DNA of 64,000 bases from Octopus vulgaris (GCA_951406725.2 OX597824.1:43462001-43526000), one strand, 5' to 3'; shown: positions 40,072-54,024, counted from the first letter of the stretch. The notes: a model not told the origin generated them from the sequence alone. Program-made: numbers and translations.

Positions 40072-40582
40072 AATCCTCTCCTTCGATGTGGGTTGTATAT
40101 ATGTGTGTGTTGGGGGCGTGTGTGAATGTGTGGGTGCACATATGCATATCATGTGTATAAAAAAATTATATTAGATGTTGTAAAAAACAGTTTGAGCAAG
40201 AAAATATGTGTAGTATGTATGAGTGTACACTGATATATAACTGTGTAAATGTGTGTGTGTGTATGTGTGTAATGTATATGCATATATATGGATATATGTA
40301 TTTATATCTATACACGGGTGTATAACATAGATGAATGTAATATACACAATATATATATAGAGAGAGAGAGAAAGACAAAGAGAGAGGGAGAGAAGTAGGT
40401 AAGGTAGAAAGATAGATAGATAGATAGATAGATAGGTAGATAGATAGGTAGGTAGGTAGGTAGGTAGGTAGGTAGGTAGGTAGGTAGGTAGGAAGGTAGG
40501 TAGGTAGGTAGGTAGGTAGTTAGGCAGGTAGGTAGGTAGGTAGGTAGGCAGGCAGGCAGGCAGTTAGAATAGATACACACAC

Positions 40583-40613
<31 letters not shown>

Positions 40614-41594
40614 TGTATTATGTATGTATGTATGTATGTACGTATGCATGTATGTATGTATGTGTGTCATTTATGGATAACAGAAGGATCGCTCAAATGC
40701 CAAATGGCTAATTGTGTGCGTGGGAGTGTTTGTAAGCACAAGAATAAGAAAATTGTCTATGTGTTTGTGTGCAGTTGGAAACTATTACTACTACTACTAC
40801 TACTACTACTACAACAATCTACAATCAACACAGAGAAATAAACATAACAGATGCCGATATTGTCAGTAATTCAAAATGCTTAGCGGCATTTCGTCCGTCT
40901 TTACGTTCTGAGTTCAAAATGCGCTGAGGTTGACTTTGCCTTTCATTCTTTCGGAATTGATGAAATTATGACCAGTTGATGACTGGGGTCGAGAAATCGA
41001 TTTACTCTGAAATTGTACCAAAGTTTGAAACCGACATTGCTAGGAATTCCTTTTGCCTTCGAACTAAAAGGAAAGACTATAACGAGTTTTTCTCAAATAT
41101 CTGTAATATAATGTTTGTCAGATTACTAATGTTATTAATAAACTGACAACATTCGCATTTCGGAAAAAAATCAACATCTTTGTTATACTTCACAGAGAGG
41201 TTATCAGTCGGAATAGGCAAGTCCATAATTCATCGACTGGCAAGGATATTTCTAGATTTGGAGGATCCTACTCTTCTCAAACTCAAATCCCTTCCCCGCA
41301 CCACCACCACACACTACCATATTTCTGGACTACGTAAAGACTTTAGAGATTGCTGCAAAGAACGTTATTAGTAATTAGTTTAGTAACGAAGTCTTCGGTT
41401 TTGCTTTAACCACTCCTTCACCTTGAAATTTACTCTGCTTATTTTCCATACAGTTGCTGTGGCCTCATATATGAGTGTGTATTTGTGTGGAAATGTACGT
41501 ATGTATGCATATATAGATGCACATGTGTGTCTGAGCGCGCCGTGTGTGAATAGATAGATATGTATATAGATGAATATATGGATATGTATAGAGG

Positions 41595-41637
<43 letters not shown>

Positions 41638-41660
41638 ATGGATGGATGGATGGATGAGAT

Positions 41661-41794
<134 letters not shown>

Positions 41795-42245
41795 GAAACA
41801 AACAGAAGTAAACTCATAAGATATGGTATAATTTCATTCCTTGATTGCTTGTCTTGCGTTAAATATATTCACCACTATTTGATTGATCGTCGATGTTCTT
41901 ATAACTATTGTTGCTCTTTAGTTAATAAATTCCAGTGAATTATCATTCAGCAGAACTAGGATCAAAAACATTCCAGTCATGACTAACATGTACATTTTTT
42001 TTCTGGCATTTGTATGTCTTGGACTGCGGTATATCCAATGTCTCTTTTCTTTACAACACACTAGTAATACGGGACAAATTTGGCTGCATTTTCTAACAGG
42101 TCGAGCTTTCACCAAGAAAATATAGATGAAACCCCTGAGTAATTAACCTAACTGTTTCATCTATATGAGTATATATAGAAATATATATGTATATATATGC
42201 ATATATATATATATATGTGTGTGTGTGTGTATGTGTGTGTGTGAG

Positions 42246-42376
<131 letters not shown>

Positions 42377-42467
42377 GCATGTATGTATATGCATATTTAT
42401 ATATGTGTGTGTGTACGTATGTATGTATGTGTATGCATATATGCATATATGTATGTGTGTATACATG

Positions 42468-42572
<105 letters not shown>

Positions 42573-42974
42573 ATTGAATACGTATCGCCACCGTGGGCCA
42601 CTGCATCGAACACTTTGAACATATACTTCAAACTATATATCAACTATACATGAACTATATATCAACTATACATGAACTCTAAGATGTCTCACTCCGTTGT
42701 GTATTATAAATGAATTTCTTGTGTTTGACGGCATGAGCTGTCTTTTTTTATATATAACTTTTTTTGATAAGGTTCATTTCAGGAACTGAAACATGTTATA
42801 ATGTATATATAAAAATTAAAAATTGTATAATACAGCAGCATTTTCGAACTTCATTTTTTACAAATATATATATATATATATAGTTACGGGTATCATAGGA
42901 GAGATACGTGGAGTCAGGGAATGGTGGTGAATTTATACATTAAATATTGCATTGCTGCTATTATTGCTATTGCT

Positions 42975-43165
42975 TAGCTACAGCGACCCCTGATCGAATA
43001 GGCCTGCAGTGGAAAGTATTTCATCTGTGACCATTCATTCTTTAAGTACATCCAGTGTCACATTGTTTAATGTATTCTTCCAATAACGTAGTAGGGTGTG
43101 ATTTAAAGGCGATTTGGCTGCTTTCTCTAGTAAAGTAAATGACCACGTAGAGGCTCCCTCGTTGT
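42975..43165 (+). repeat. Unclassified interspersed repeat; diverged copies at ~38085-38295, 39400-39550, 39585-39790 and 41950-42110
   Basis: Shared pattern ccctgatc..ag.cct..tccag..tgacca..gggtgtgattt....gatttggctgct.ttt.tag..gt..a.tgaccacgtaga.gctcc. Confidence 0.65.
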
Positions 43166-43172
43166 CTTGTCT

Positions 43173-43218
<46 letters not shown>

Positions 43219-44976
43219 CTACGTGTGTGCCTACGTGTGTGCATGCATGCTGTCGTTCACTCGTTGAGGATGAGATTGTATACTCCATTTGTACAATATA
43301 TTTGTCTCTTGTCATGGTGCATAAAAGAGAAATTGTTGAAGTGATGAGATAGAAAAAATGAGGGGGGGAGAAGCGAGAAAATTTTCTAATTGATCTAAAT
43401 CAATAAATTCATTCTATCTTCAGCACTCCTATCATGTAAATCTCTAGATGTTTCCGACTTTATTATCCGTTTCTTCTCACATACTAATTTTGCTCACACA
43501 CTCTAATACTGGCGCACTCCATCACATATAGACATTACACAACACAATGCTAGAAAAATCCTGGTTTAATTTCGATGTGGTTCTTTGTTATTTCATTCAT
43601 GATTTCTTTCATATTTTATACCTTCATTTTCATTCCTTGTACATCAATTTTCCTTTTTTTTTTTTAGTGGCATTTATATTTTCACTTTGTTAATTTCTGT
43701 TTTCTCTCGTTTTACTCCTTTCCCTACATCTTTTCTCGATAATTCTCGACGATTCTCGCGCATGTACATTTTAACAATGAGATTTTTAAACAAAAAAAAA
43801 ACGATGATGTCATATGTACGAAGCACTGGCATGAAACCAGATACTAATTTTACATCGTTTTGTATCTATTTATCTATCTATATACATATATGTGTGTGTG
43901 TGTGTCTGTATTAAATCATAGTATATCCTTATATGCGTAGACAAATAGACAGATAGACAAATAGACAGATAGAGAGTGAAAGAGAGAGAAAGGGAGAGAG
44001 AGAAAATCGATCGAACAACATCTATTTAATATTCAGAAGACATGATACATTTGAAATATAGCTGTTATACACTTCTACCCTTCTGTGTTTGTGTGTGTGT
44101 GAAGACAGGAAAAATGATAGTTAAATCATGTAGTTAAGTATTTTATCATGTATACGTGTGTATATGTATATATTTGTATGTAAATGTCTCTTGAACACAC
44201 ACATACATATGTATACAAATACTCAGGCATGCACATACACAAGCATTTATGTGTGTGTGTGTATGCGTGAGTACATATCTGCACACAGATGTGTGTGCGC
44301 GCGCGCGCTGCGAGCATAATTACAGTTCACTGTTCTATCGTATTTATTTTTTAACTTATATTTCAATGTGACTCTATTTTATACAATAATTTTGCATAAC
44401 TTCATCGTTAAATTATTTAGAGTTTTACTTGAAAAACCACATAGTACATTAATATCTTGAGTACCGGGGTGAATATCACAAACTCTTTTTCTACCATCAA
44501 TGGAATATGCATAAATTATGCTTATTAACCGGTTTAAGTATAAACAATGAAGCGTCGGATTGCAATAGGTTAGCGGTATTTTGTTGCATTACCATTCTGT
44601 ATGTGAACACAGATATGCAGACACTATAAATATTTACTATATAATATATGGGTGTATGTGTGCGTGTACCCGCGTGTGTATGTGTGTATGAATGTGTGTA
44701 TGAGTCTATATGTGTGCCTGCATTGGTGTGCTTTTGGGTGCCTGTGTATGTATACAAGTGTGTGTACCTGTGCGCGTATGTGGGGGTGAAATGTATATAG
44801 TTATGTTTCACTAAGAAGGGGAGAGAAGGGAAGATATTTTAGTCAGAGGATAAAAGTTGGAAAATTGCATAATATAGAAACGGAAACTAATGAGATGAAA
44901 CATTCGAGAACGAATTTTAATTTAAAAGTCATTTCACCTTTCTGCAATATACATCAAAACAGAAATGAGTACATAA

Positions 44977-45047
<71 letters not shown>

Positions 45048-45127
45048 CATATACATACATATACATACATATACTTATATAAATATATTTGTGTGTGTGT
45101 GTGTATGTGTGTATGTATGTATTTATG

Positions 45128-45132
<5 letters not shown>

Positions 45133-45161
<29 letters not shown>

Positions 45162-45248
45162 TGTATGTATGTATGTATGTATGTATGTATGTATGTATGT
45201 ATGTATGTATGTATGTATGTATGTATGTATGTATGTATGTATGTATGT
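45133..45248 (+). repeat. (TATG)n microsatellite
   Basis: Directly visible. Confidence 0.98.
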
Positions 45249-45686
45249 GGTTGTATGGATATTCTTTCTCAATTCTATATTCAATCCAATGTCTGATGCG
45301 GATAAGAATAGACTTTTTTTGTTACTGTATTAATATAGATATATGGATATTTCCAGCTAGTTAGATCGTGAACAGAATTTCAGCTCATCAATTGAAAATG
45401 GCCGTTACCGACTACTAGTTATGTCTTACACTCAACAACGTTGCATAGATATCTCTCTATACAGATCCTCCAGTGTACAATCTAAGCGGTTGACGATATT
45501 ATAATCCCATTTTCGGAAATACTTCTTCGACAAATACTTCATATGATTATTTTCATATCTTCTTTTTATTCATGTCGAGTGAGGTGGATGTTAGCAGTTG
45601 CTTTAGCGAAAGTAATGAAATATACATTAATATACATATACACACCATGTCTGATTTATAAATGTGCATGAAGTAGACATGCACGC

Positions 45687-45723
<37 letters not shown>

Positions 45724-46006
45724 AAATATTTTCATATCTATTTACAAGTACATATAAATATTAAATATATGTGCATATATATATATATATGTATGTATAT
45801 ATACATATATATGAATGTATATATACATATATTATAATATTTATATATTTAACAGATATATATATATATTTGATATTTATACATAATTTTATGTAGAGTA
45901 CATACATAGCTTTATATAAATATATATCAATGTATTTCTATGTATATATATTTATATATATGCATATATATATGTATGTATGCATGTATATATGCGTATA
46001 TGTATG

Positions 46007-46050
<44 letters not shown>

Positions 46051-46403
46051 CATACATATATGTGTTTTTGTGTGTGAGTATATATATACATATATATATA
46101 CACATACACATATATATATAAATACACACACACACACACACACACATTTAGTGTCAACTGATGGTGGAAAAAGAACTCGATACCATTATAGAGACTTTTT
46201 GGTCGAGTCAGTCTCTTACTCTCTCTTAGTTTCCATTGCAATGTTAGTGCAAAACGTCTTCAGGCATACATGTTTACAAAGAGATATGTGTGTGTACATG
46301 TGCATATACGTTTATCTTTTTGTTATTAGACGTTATAGGGAAGTATATACACGTGCTTAGCTCAGTCTTTCTATATATACACAAATGTTCACATACTTGC
46401 ATT

Positions 46404-46514
<111 letters not shown>

Positions 46515-46595
46515 GTATTTATGTATATATATTTAAGTCTTTGTGAGTATATATGTGTATGTATGTATATATATATATTTATATATCTATGTACG

Positions 46596-46626
<31 letters not shown>

Positions 46627-46647
46627 GTATGCATGTATGTGTGTATG

Positions 46648-46709
<62 letters not shown>

Positions 46710-46961
46710 CTTTATACACGTTTTTACATATACCACTCGAATGTATGCATGTTTGTACAAATATATGCAAAGCTAAGCATTAACAACATGTTATTTTTAG
46801 TTTGACGCTCGATGAAAGGGCAGAAAGTAGAAATCACCTTGACGTTTCGAGTTTAAGCTCTTCTTCACAATGTGAGAGCGAAGAAAGAAAAATGCAGAGA
46901 AAGACAAAAGGGCAAGTGTACTGGAGGACTGTACGTTAGACTCTAAGGTCATGTCTATGTG

Positions 46962-47011
<50 letters not shown>

Positions 47012-47018
47012 TGTGTGT

Positions 47019-47050
<32 letters not shown>

Positions 47051-47057
47051 ACATATG

Positions 47058-47281
47058 CTTTCGATTCCCGAGCCAAGCGGTAAGTTGTGTTCTTGAGCAA
47101 AACGCTACATTTCACGTTGCTCTAGTTCACTCAGCCGTAAAAGGGTAACCCTGCAACGGACTAGACTTACGATAGGGAGAATATTAGCCTGATCGCCTAG
47201 CCAGCAAACTGGCATTATTCAAAAGTTAAAACGATGTAAAGAGTATTGTATAACAGCATTCGATAATCAGGTCAATCACGT
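47058..47281 (+). mobile_element. SINE family C copy (5'-truncated)
   Basis: tttcgattccc..gtgttcttgagcaaaacgctacatttcacgttgctctagttcactcagc; homologous to 11898-12200. Confidence 0.75.
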
Positions 47282-47354
47282 AATATATATATGTATGTAT
47301 AAATGTGTGTTTTTGTGTGTGTGTGTGTGTATGTGTAAGAGAGAGTGTATGATT

Positions 47355-48147
47355 TAGCTTTTACGTCTTCCAGTTATAGGCCGTGGCTATGATGGGTCAC
47401 CACCTTGAAGGGTTTTAGCCAAACAAATCGACTCCACTACTTCTTTTTCGTCTGGCACATACTCTATTGAGATTTTGTTGCCAAATTGGTAAGTTAAGTG
47501 GATGTAAACATACCTACAACGGTTGACAAGGGGTGGAAGGACAACACAAACACCAAGACACACATATATATACTATATATATATGACAGGCTTCTTTCAT
47601 GTTCCATACACCAAATCCACTCACAAAGATTTGGTCGACCCAGAGCTATTGTATAAGATACATGCCCAAGGTGCCACAATGAAACCTAGAAGCATGTGGT
47701 TGGGAAGAAAACTTTTAATCACATAGTCACGCCTTCGCTTTATTCCTTTATTTGTTTCAGTCAGCTGATTGCGGCCATGCTGGAGCGCCCTGAAAGGTTA
47801 TAGGCAATCAAATCGACACCAGGGCTTATATTTCAAAGCCTAGTACTCATTTCATCGGTAACGGAGGCGTAAACATATATCACAAGTTGTCAAGTGGCGC
47901 GGCACAAACACACACACACACACATACACACACACACACACACACGCACGCACATACACATATATACACACACACATATATATATATGACGGGCCTCTTT
48001 CAGTTTCCGTTTACTAAATCCACTCACAAGGCTTTAGTCGGCCAGAGGTTATAGTAGAAGACACTTGCTCAAGGTATCGCAGTGGCAGTGAACACGGAGC
48101 CATGTGGTTGAGAGGCAAGCTCCTTACCACACAGAAACACCTGCGCT
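47355..48147 (-). mobile_element. Two adjacent SINE family A copies (~47355-47735 and ~47745-48147)
   Basis: Each contains aaatccactcacaa.g.ttt.gtcg.cc.gag..at.gta.aaga.ac.tgc.caaggt, the reverse complement of the family A head region. Confidence 0.85.
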
Positions 48148-49057
48148 TAAGTGTGTGTGTATGTGTGTGTGTGCGTGTGAGTGCGTGTGTGTGTGCGTGT
48201 GTGCGTGTGTGTAGGTGTGTGGTGTGTGCGTGTGTGTGTATGTGTGAATTTAGAGAAAAAAAGTGATTTAAAATTCATGCGAATATTTTGTATGCACTCT
48301 GCAAGAATCAAACTTGGCTATCGTAATTCATGTAGTATGGAAATTTATTTTTTCATTGTCTGTTCAATCTGTAAGTCCAAAGTTAATGCACTGAATAAAT
48401 TCAGTATAAGGTCTAAGAATGTTGTAGAAAAGCATCAAAGAACTTAGAAATATACATTTTAATCCTCTAACGCACGTTTCATATACTTTTTTTTTGTTAC
48501 ATAATTCTACAACATAATAATAATATATATTCATGGATACCATGTTTGATCGACACAGATACTACAGAGATTGAGAAGTTTAACACCATTCCATCCTTAA
48601 CAAGTTGCACCACACTGCTTGGAATAGAAAACATTTTGAGGGAGACAGTATTAAACCTAAACCTATTTGACCAGTGTAAAATGTAGAGTATATGTCTGCA
48701 TACTTACTTAGGAATTGTAATTGTCAGTTTAAGACAGTATAATAGAGATAATAATAATGATAATATTGATAGTAGTAATTATAATAATGGTAACAATAAT
48801 GTGGATGGTAATAAATACGATAATAATGGTAGTACTTATAACAAAAAGAACAAAAATATTGCAATAGAAATACAAAAACCTTGAACGAACCAAACTCAAA
48901 GAGTAAATACGGGCCCCCTCGCATCTTTACTTATAACTGCATACATGGGGATATATTAAGAAGTAGTAACTTTAATATTAATCCTAGAAGGCAGAGATCT
49001 TGTTCGATGCAGGTGACATGGTACAACGCTCCATACGGGGCCCGAATAGCCACCAAT

Positions 49058-49467
49058 GAGCTGGCAGAATCATTAGCACGCCGGGCGAAATGCTTAGTGG
49101 TATTTTGTCTGCCGTTACGTTCTCAGTTCAAATTCCGCCGAGGCTAACTTTGCCTTTCATCCTTTCGGGGTCGATAAATTAAGCACCAGTTACGCACTGG
49201 GGTCGATGTAATCGACTTAATACCTATGTCTGTTCTTGTTTGTCCCCAGTATGTTTAGCCCCTTGTGGGTAAGAAAGAAATAGGTATTTTGTCTGCCGTT
49301 ACGTTCTCAGTTCAAATTCCGCCGAGGCCAACTTTGCCTTTCATCCTTTCGGGGTCGATTAAATAAGTACCAGTTACACACTGAGGTTGATGTTATCGAC
49401 TTAATCCCTTTGTTCGTCCTTGTTTGTCCCCTCTATGTTTAGCCCCTTGTGGGCAATAAAGAAATAA
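49058..49467 (+). mobile_element. SINE family D head-to-tail dimer
   Basis: gagctggcagaatcattagcacgccgggcgaaatgc... The second unit starts at ~49284, after aaagaaatag. Confidence 0.92.
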
Positions 49468-49660
49468 ATATACCAGGTAAATTTTTCATGACTCTAAACA
49501 AGCATTTTCCACCATCAAGTATTTGTAGATTATTTAACAGACATATGGTTGAATTTGCCTATTCAACATGAGAAACTTGGTTTAAATTATAGTTGTGCAT
49601 AATGCTAATAAATTAAGAGAGTTTGTTGAAATGGATTTAGTCAATCCACTTACTAATCCT

Positions 49661-49867
49661 TTCTATTATAGGCACAAGGCCTGAAATTTGAGGAGGGGGA
49701 TAATCGACTACACCGACCCCAGTTCTCAACTGGTACTTAATTTATCGACCCCCGAAAGGATGAAATGTAAAGTCGACCTCGGAAAAATTTGAACTCAGAA
49801 CGTAGCGACCGGCGAAATATCGCTACGCATTTCGTCCAGCGTGCTAACAATTCTGTCAGCTTGCCGC
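49661..49867 (-). mobile_element. SINE family D monomer; other copies at ~25845-25950 (+), 37480-37630 (-), 38935-39180 (+), 40870-41035 (+), 56115-56310 (-) and 60355-60560 (-)
   Basis: actggtactta.ttt.atcgacccc.gaaaggatgaaa...aaagtcgacctcgg...aatttgaactcagaacgt is the reverse complement of the family D core. Confidence 0.88.
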
Positions 49868-49979
49868 ATTCAATCAACTTAATAGTAATAACGAGCCATA
49901 ATAATAGTGGTAACAATAATATTAATAGAAGTAGAAATTGTAATGATAATACAAAATGATGATGGTGATGACAATGGTT

Positions 49980-49980
49980 G

Positions 49981-50051
<71 letters not shown>
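49980..50051 (+). repeat. (AAT)n microsatellite
   Basis: Directly visible. Confidence 0.98.
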
Positions 50052-50053
<2 letters not shown>

Positions 50054-50509
50054 TGAGAATGATAATAATAATAGAAACAACATGATAAAAAAAATTGGGT
50101 TATATATGATAATTTTGAAATTTTTAGCTCGAATTGGGAAAACATGTGTATATCAGATGTATTGTATCTTACTACAGAATAGATTCCTAGCACAACACCT
50201 AATATTGACAATAGATGAAATGAACATTTCAGACGAAAAATCTCTGAATAATAAACCGGTTAAGTTACTGTAAAAATCGACTGAAATGTCCATTGCTTAC
50301 GAAAGAACTACGTTTTTTATTTTTAATTTGTTTTCTTTTTCGCATCAAATTTCGAGTGATAGATTATATTTCTATCCTGTGTAGCTTCTACTTTCCTGTT
50401 TGCAATCTCCAAACCTAGCATTTTAAAACAACTAGAAATCATTGATAATGTTGTTCAATGATTTACATAGCATGGTCACCTCTAATTATATTTGTCTCAT
50501 AGTTCTTTT

Positions 50510-51960
50510 CTAGCTCGGGTTCACACTTGAGGATAGCCACCTCTGGCCCTAAAGCAGGGATACTGTCCAGAGACAGAGACCACTGGAGGTCTCCACTCCT
50601 GCTAGCTCGATCACAAACCCGTCAGAGAGCGGCTGATATATATACAGTTTGCCCTTCTCGGCCTCACGAGCAGCGGAGCCTGGGCTGATCGCTGGACACA
50701 CGAAGGTGTCACAGGAGAAAGTGTCACATTTCAGATTATGGGCCTACAACCATGGAACGGGAAAGTTATCATACGTCAGGCCTTTTACCGTCAACCTCAG
50801 TTTGACCCCGCTGTTTCGAGCCTGCAACGACTAGGCTATGCTTTATGATCTCATTGAGAGCAGCATGGCGTGGAGGGCGACCAGCACTCTAATGGCATGA
50901 CAATGAGTGAAGAATAACTGAAACCATAGTGGATCCACAACGGCATTTGGGAGGTTCACAGATCTAGAGGTCATACTTCAGTGAAACACCAATGCGCAGA
51001 CAGTCGCTATCAAGCTGAATACCAGTCGAGAGTGATGTGATGACACTGCATTGAGCCAGGTGCCACTGTTGATGAGAACACGTTAAGAGATCACAGACAA
51101 AAGAAATGCCGGCAGGACCAGTGAAACCGGAGATCGGAGGTCGCGACCACTATATCTAACGGATAAGGTAGCCTATTGTCTTCCAGTGTCGTGAAATCAA
51201 ACGTTGCATATATCTTCAGCGGTCTGTGAGGAGAGATGTGTGGTTGTAGCAAGAAACAATGCGGATGGTAGACAATTGTTTCGGCATAGCGAAGTAGTTC
51301 CTTACCAGGAAGAATGCTTGATGGCGTCGTTCGCATTCAGTCTGCTTGTCAAAGTCACGAGCCATGCTCCCCCACCCCGCCCCAGCTGCACCGAGCTGAG
51401 TTTGTTGCCTAGTTTAGGTGTAATAGATCTGCAGGTGACTTAGGCCGCGAGCCTCCAGAAGACATTGCCCACACCGATGGAGCGTATGCCACCGTTCTTC
51501 TTGAGAGCCATTAGGCAGGCGGAAAAGAAGAAGCCACGGGAAGAAGGGTCTGGGGCACCGTCAATGAACGCGTAATTGCGATCAGAAACCGGCGCCCAGC
51601 CTCGGCAGTAAGTGGGTACAAGTCTTTGAAATAGCAAGGTCGGAAACTGTCAATACCTCTATTGCTACTGGTAGGGGAAGACCTCAGAGCAGAGAGGATG
51701 TCTTTCGCGGAGGCCACGCATAGCGGCTGAAGGTCGAGTGGGGATATGGTTCTGAAATCTGCAGCTGGCTCAAGATTTTTGAGTTGGACAGCAGTCAGGA
51801 CCTTCTCACTAGGGTAGAGGACGGTATCATCAAAGTCAACTATTCTAACAACAACCGTGACATCGTCTTCGACAAGTTTAGCGTTTACCCAGTCACGTAA
51901 ATGCTTTAAGCCAGCATCAGGAGTAGAGGGTTGCGGGTAGAATGCTCTAACACACTAGAT
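50510..51960 (-). mobile_element. Decayed CRE/NeSL-type non-LTR retrotransposon (RT plus restriction-like endonuclease)
   Basis: Minus translation: LRSSPTSSNRGIDSFRPCYFKDL, FFFSACLMALKKNGGIRSIGVGNVFWRLAA (GxRPIAVGxxxRRL-like), LRIGVSL..CEPPKCRCG..HSLSCH.SAGRPPRHAALNEIIK (CCHC finger and RH motif), DGKRPD, CDTF and GVETS. It forms a GC-richer island. Confidence 0.85.
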
Positions 51961-53165
51961 ATGGGTACCTGTCCGAAGGACGAAATGTTGGCTCTGATTA
52001 GGAGAATGTACTTATCACCATATAGGTGCTTGTGCATCGAGATTATTAAATCTAAAAATTCGCTTCCCTAAATAGATTCGTCTGCGGTCTCAAAGAGAGT
52101 AATATTAGGTATGATATTAAATAGTACGCAGTACGCTAACGTATAATGGTGGATCATTAGAATGTAACAAATACCTCGAGAAAACATTTCATATTCTTAC
52201 AGCTAAATCTAACATATTAAATAAAACAAATGAATTTAATGTTGAGATAATAACATTTATTTAGAAAAACCTTTAGAAACCTTCTCTGGTTACTGCATCC
52301 TAATATAATAGGCTGGATCCGCTTTTTCGACCGAGTATACATCATATATTCAACAGGGGCTGTATTATTTAGTAGACACTCGAATTTCTATGATGTCTAT
52401 TTTTTAATTCTAAATATCATTTTAATTATTAGTCATTGTTGTTATTGTTATTTAAATTTTAAAATTCTGAAATTACATTGTTTAATTACTTTTGAATCAT
52501 TTCTTAATTGTTTTAATTAAGTTATTACTTTTCAATTTATTTTATTTTTTAACTTATTTATTTCATCATTATTTTTGTTTATTTCTAATTATTATTCTTT
52601 TTTTACCTTAAGTTACCTTAACCATATTACAATTGTTTTAAGTTTTAAGTATTTATTCCTTTATAATAATTTTCTTTTTGAAATTCTCACTAACTCAATC
52701 TGTTTTCCACTAAAGGATAATATTTAGAAAAAATACTATTTAAATGACATTCCCACTGCCTTATATTTAATGAACAGTTTAGCTATACATGCCACTCCTG
52801 TATACTTGAAGGGTCAATAACTGTCTAAATGGGCTAGGAATATTGCCATATATTACATACAATATCATGTTAACCTGATAATTACAATTGCTAAGTACAT
52901 TTGCTGACATAACACCCTACCTCTTACACAAATATTGTTAGCTTTACTATTACCTATCGCTTTTAAATTGTTCTCTGTTCCAAGCAGCGTTGTCTAGCTG
53001 TGTTAAGGATAGGATAATATTAAACTTCTCAATCTCTGTGGTTACTTAGTCGATCAAATATGGGATCGACTAATATGCTTGATTTAATACCAATGTATCT
53101 GAAACATGCGTAAGCTGATTAAAATACATAATTCTCCATTCTTTTGTTCTCTATGCATGTCATTA

Positions 53166-53223
<58 letters not shown>

Positions 53224-53262
53224 CCAGTGGTTAGGGCAGCGGACTCGCGGTTGTAGGTTATA

Positions 53263-53670
53263 GGCGCAGAAGTAGCTGTATGGTAAGTAGCTTGCTAACC
53301 AACCACATGGTTCCGGGTTCAGTCCTACTGTGTAGCATCTTGGGCAAGTGTCTTCCGCTATAGCCCCGGGCCGACCAATGCCTTGTGAGTGGATTTGGTA
53401 GTCGGAAACTGAAAGAAGCCTGTCGTATATATGTATATATATATAAGTGTGTGTGTATATGTTTGTGTGTCTGTGTTTGTCCCCCTAGCATTGCTTGACA
53501 ACCGATGCGGTGTGTTTACGTCCCCGTCACTTAGCGGTTCGGCAAAAGAGACCGATAGAATAAGTACTGGGCTTACAAAGAATAAGTCCCGGGGTCGATT
53601 TGCTCGACTAAAGGCAGTGCTCCAGCATGGCCGCAGTCAAATGACTGAAACAACTAAAAGAGTAAAGAGA
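53263..53670 (+). mobile_element. tRNA-derived SINE family A, well-preserved full-length copy (Octopus OK-like); another copy at ~58992-59280
   Basis: ggcgcagaagtagctgtatggtaag (A box)..ccgggttcagtcc (B box)..ttgggcaagtgtcttc..internal (TA)/(TG)..tail aaaagagtaaagag. Many diverged copies occur across the window. Confidence 0.92.
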
Positions 53671-53677
53671 GATATAC

Positions 53678-53746
<69 letters not shown>

Positions 53747-53817
53747 TAATGTAATCAACGGCCAGCATATTAAAGAATACCTTTAAAGGTTAAATTTATA
53801 AATAACTTATAAAATAA

Positions 53818-54024
53818 GGGCAAAAGAAAAATTCTAATGCCAAATATGCTGAAAATAGACAAAATTACCGTATTGGTCCCAATTTCTGAAATTGGGACCA
53901 ATACGGTGATAACGGAATTTTTTAGAAATTTCTTTCGGCTTGTTTCGAGACGCATGAATTATAATGGTTATTGACAATTTTGTCTATTTTCGGCATATTT
54001 GGCATTAGAATTTTTCTTTTGCCC
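53818..54024. mobile_element. Young MITE with ~49-bp TIRs and an internal perfect hairpin
   Basis: gggcaaaagaaaaattctaatgccaaatatgctgaaaatagacaaaatt ... aattttgtctattttcggcatatttggcattagaatttttcttttgccc (one mismatch). Internal 20-bp stem at 53867-53907. Confidence 0.88.

Noticed and set aside
42628-42678. Short tandem duplication (aactatatatcaactatacatg x2), and a similar one at 296-354
   Set aside because: Ordinary slippage duplications with no further structure.
49058-49467. Regularly repeated units superficially like a CRISPR array
   Set aside because: They are ~185-bp tandem SINE units with no unique spacers and no cas genes, in a eukaryotic context.
53046-53073. 10-bp stem ttagtcgatc/gatcgactaa as a Helitron 3' hairpin or terminator
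   Set aside because: There is no downstream CTRR end, and the stem is too short to exclude chance.
53221-53330. tRNA-like A/B boxes here and at ~11340-11400 and 23009-23100
   Set aside because: These are SINE heads with no complete cloverleaf, continuing into SINE bodies, so they are not tRNA genes.
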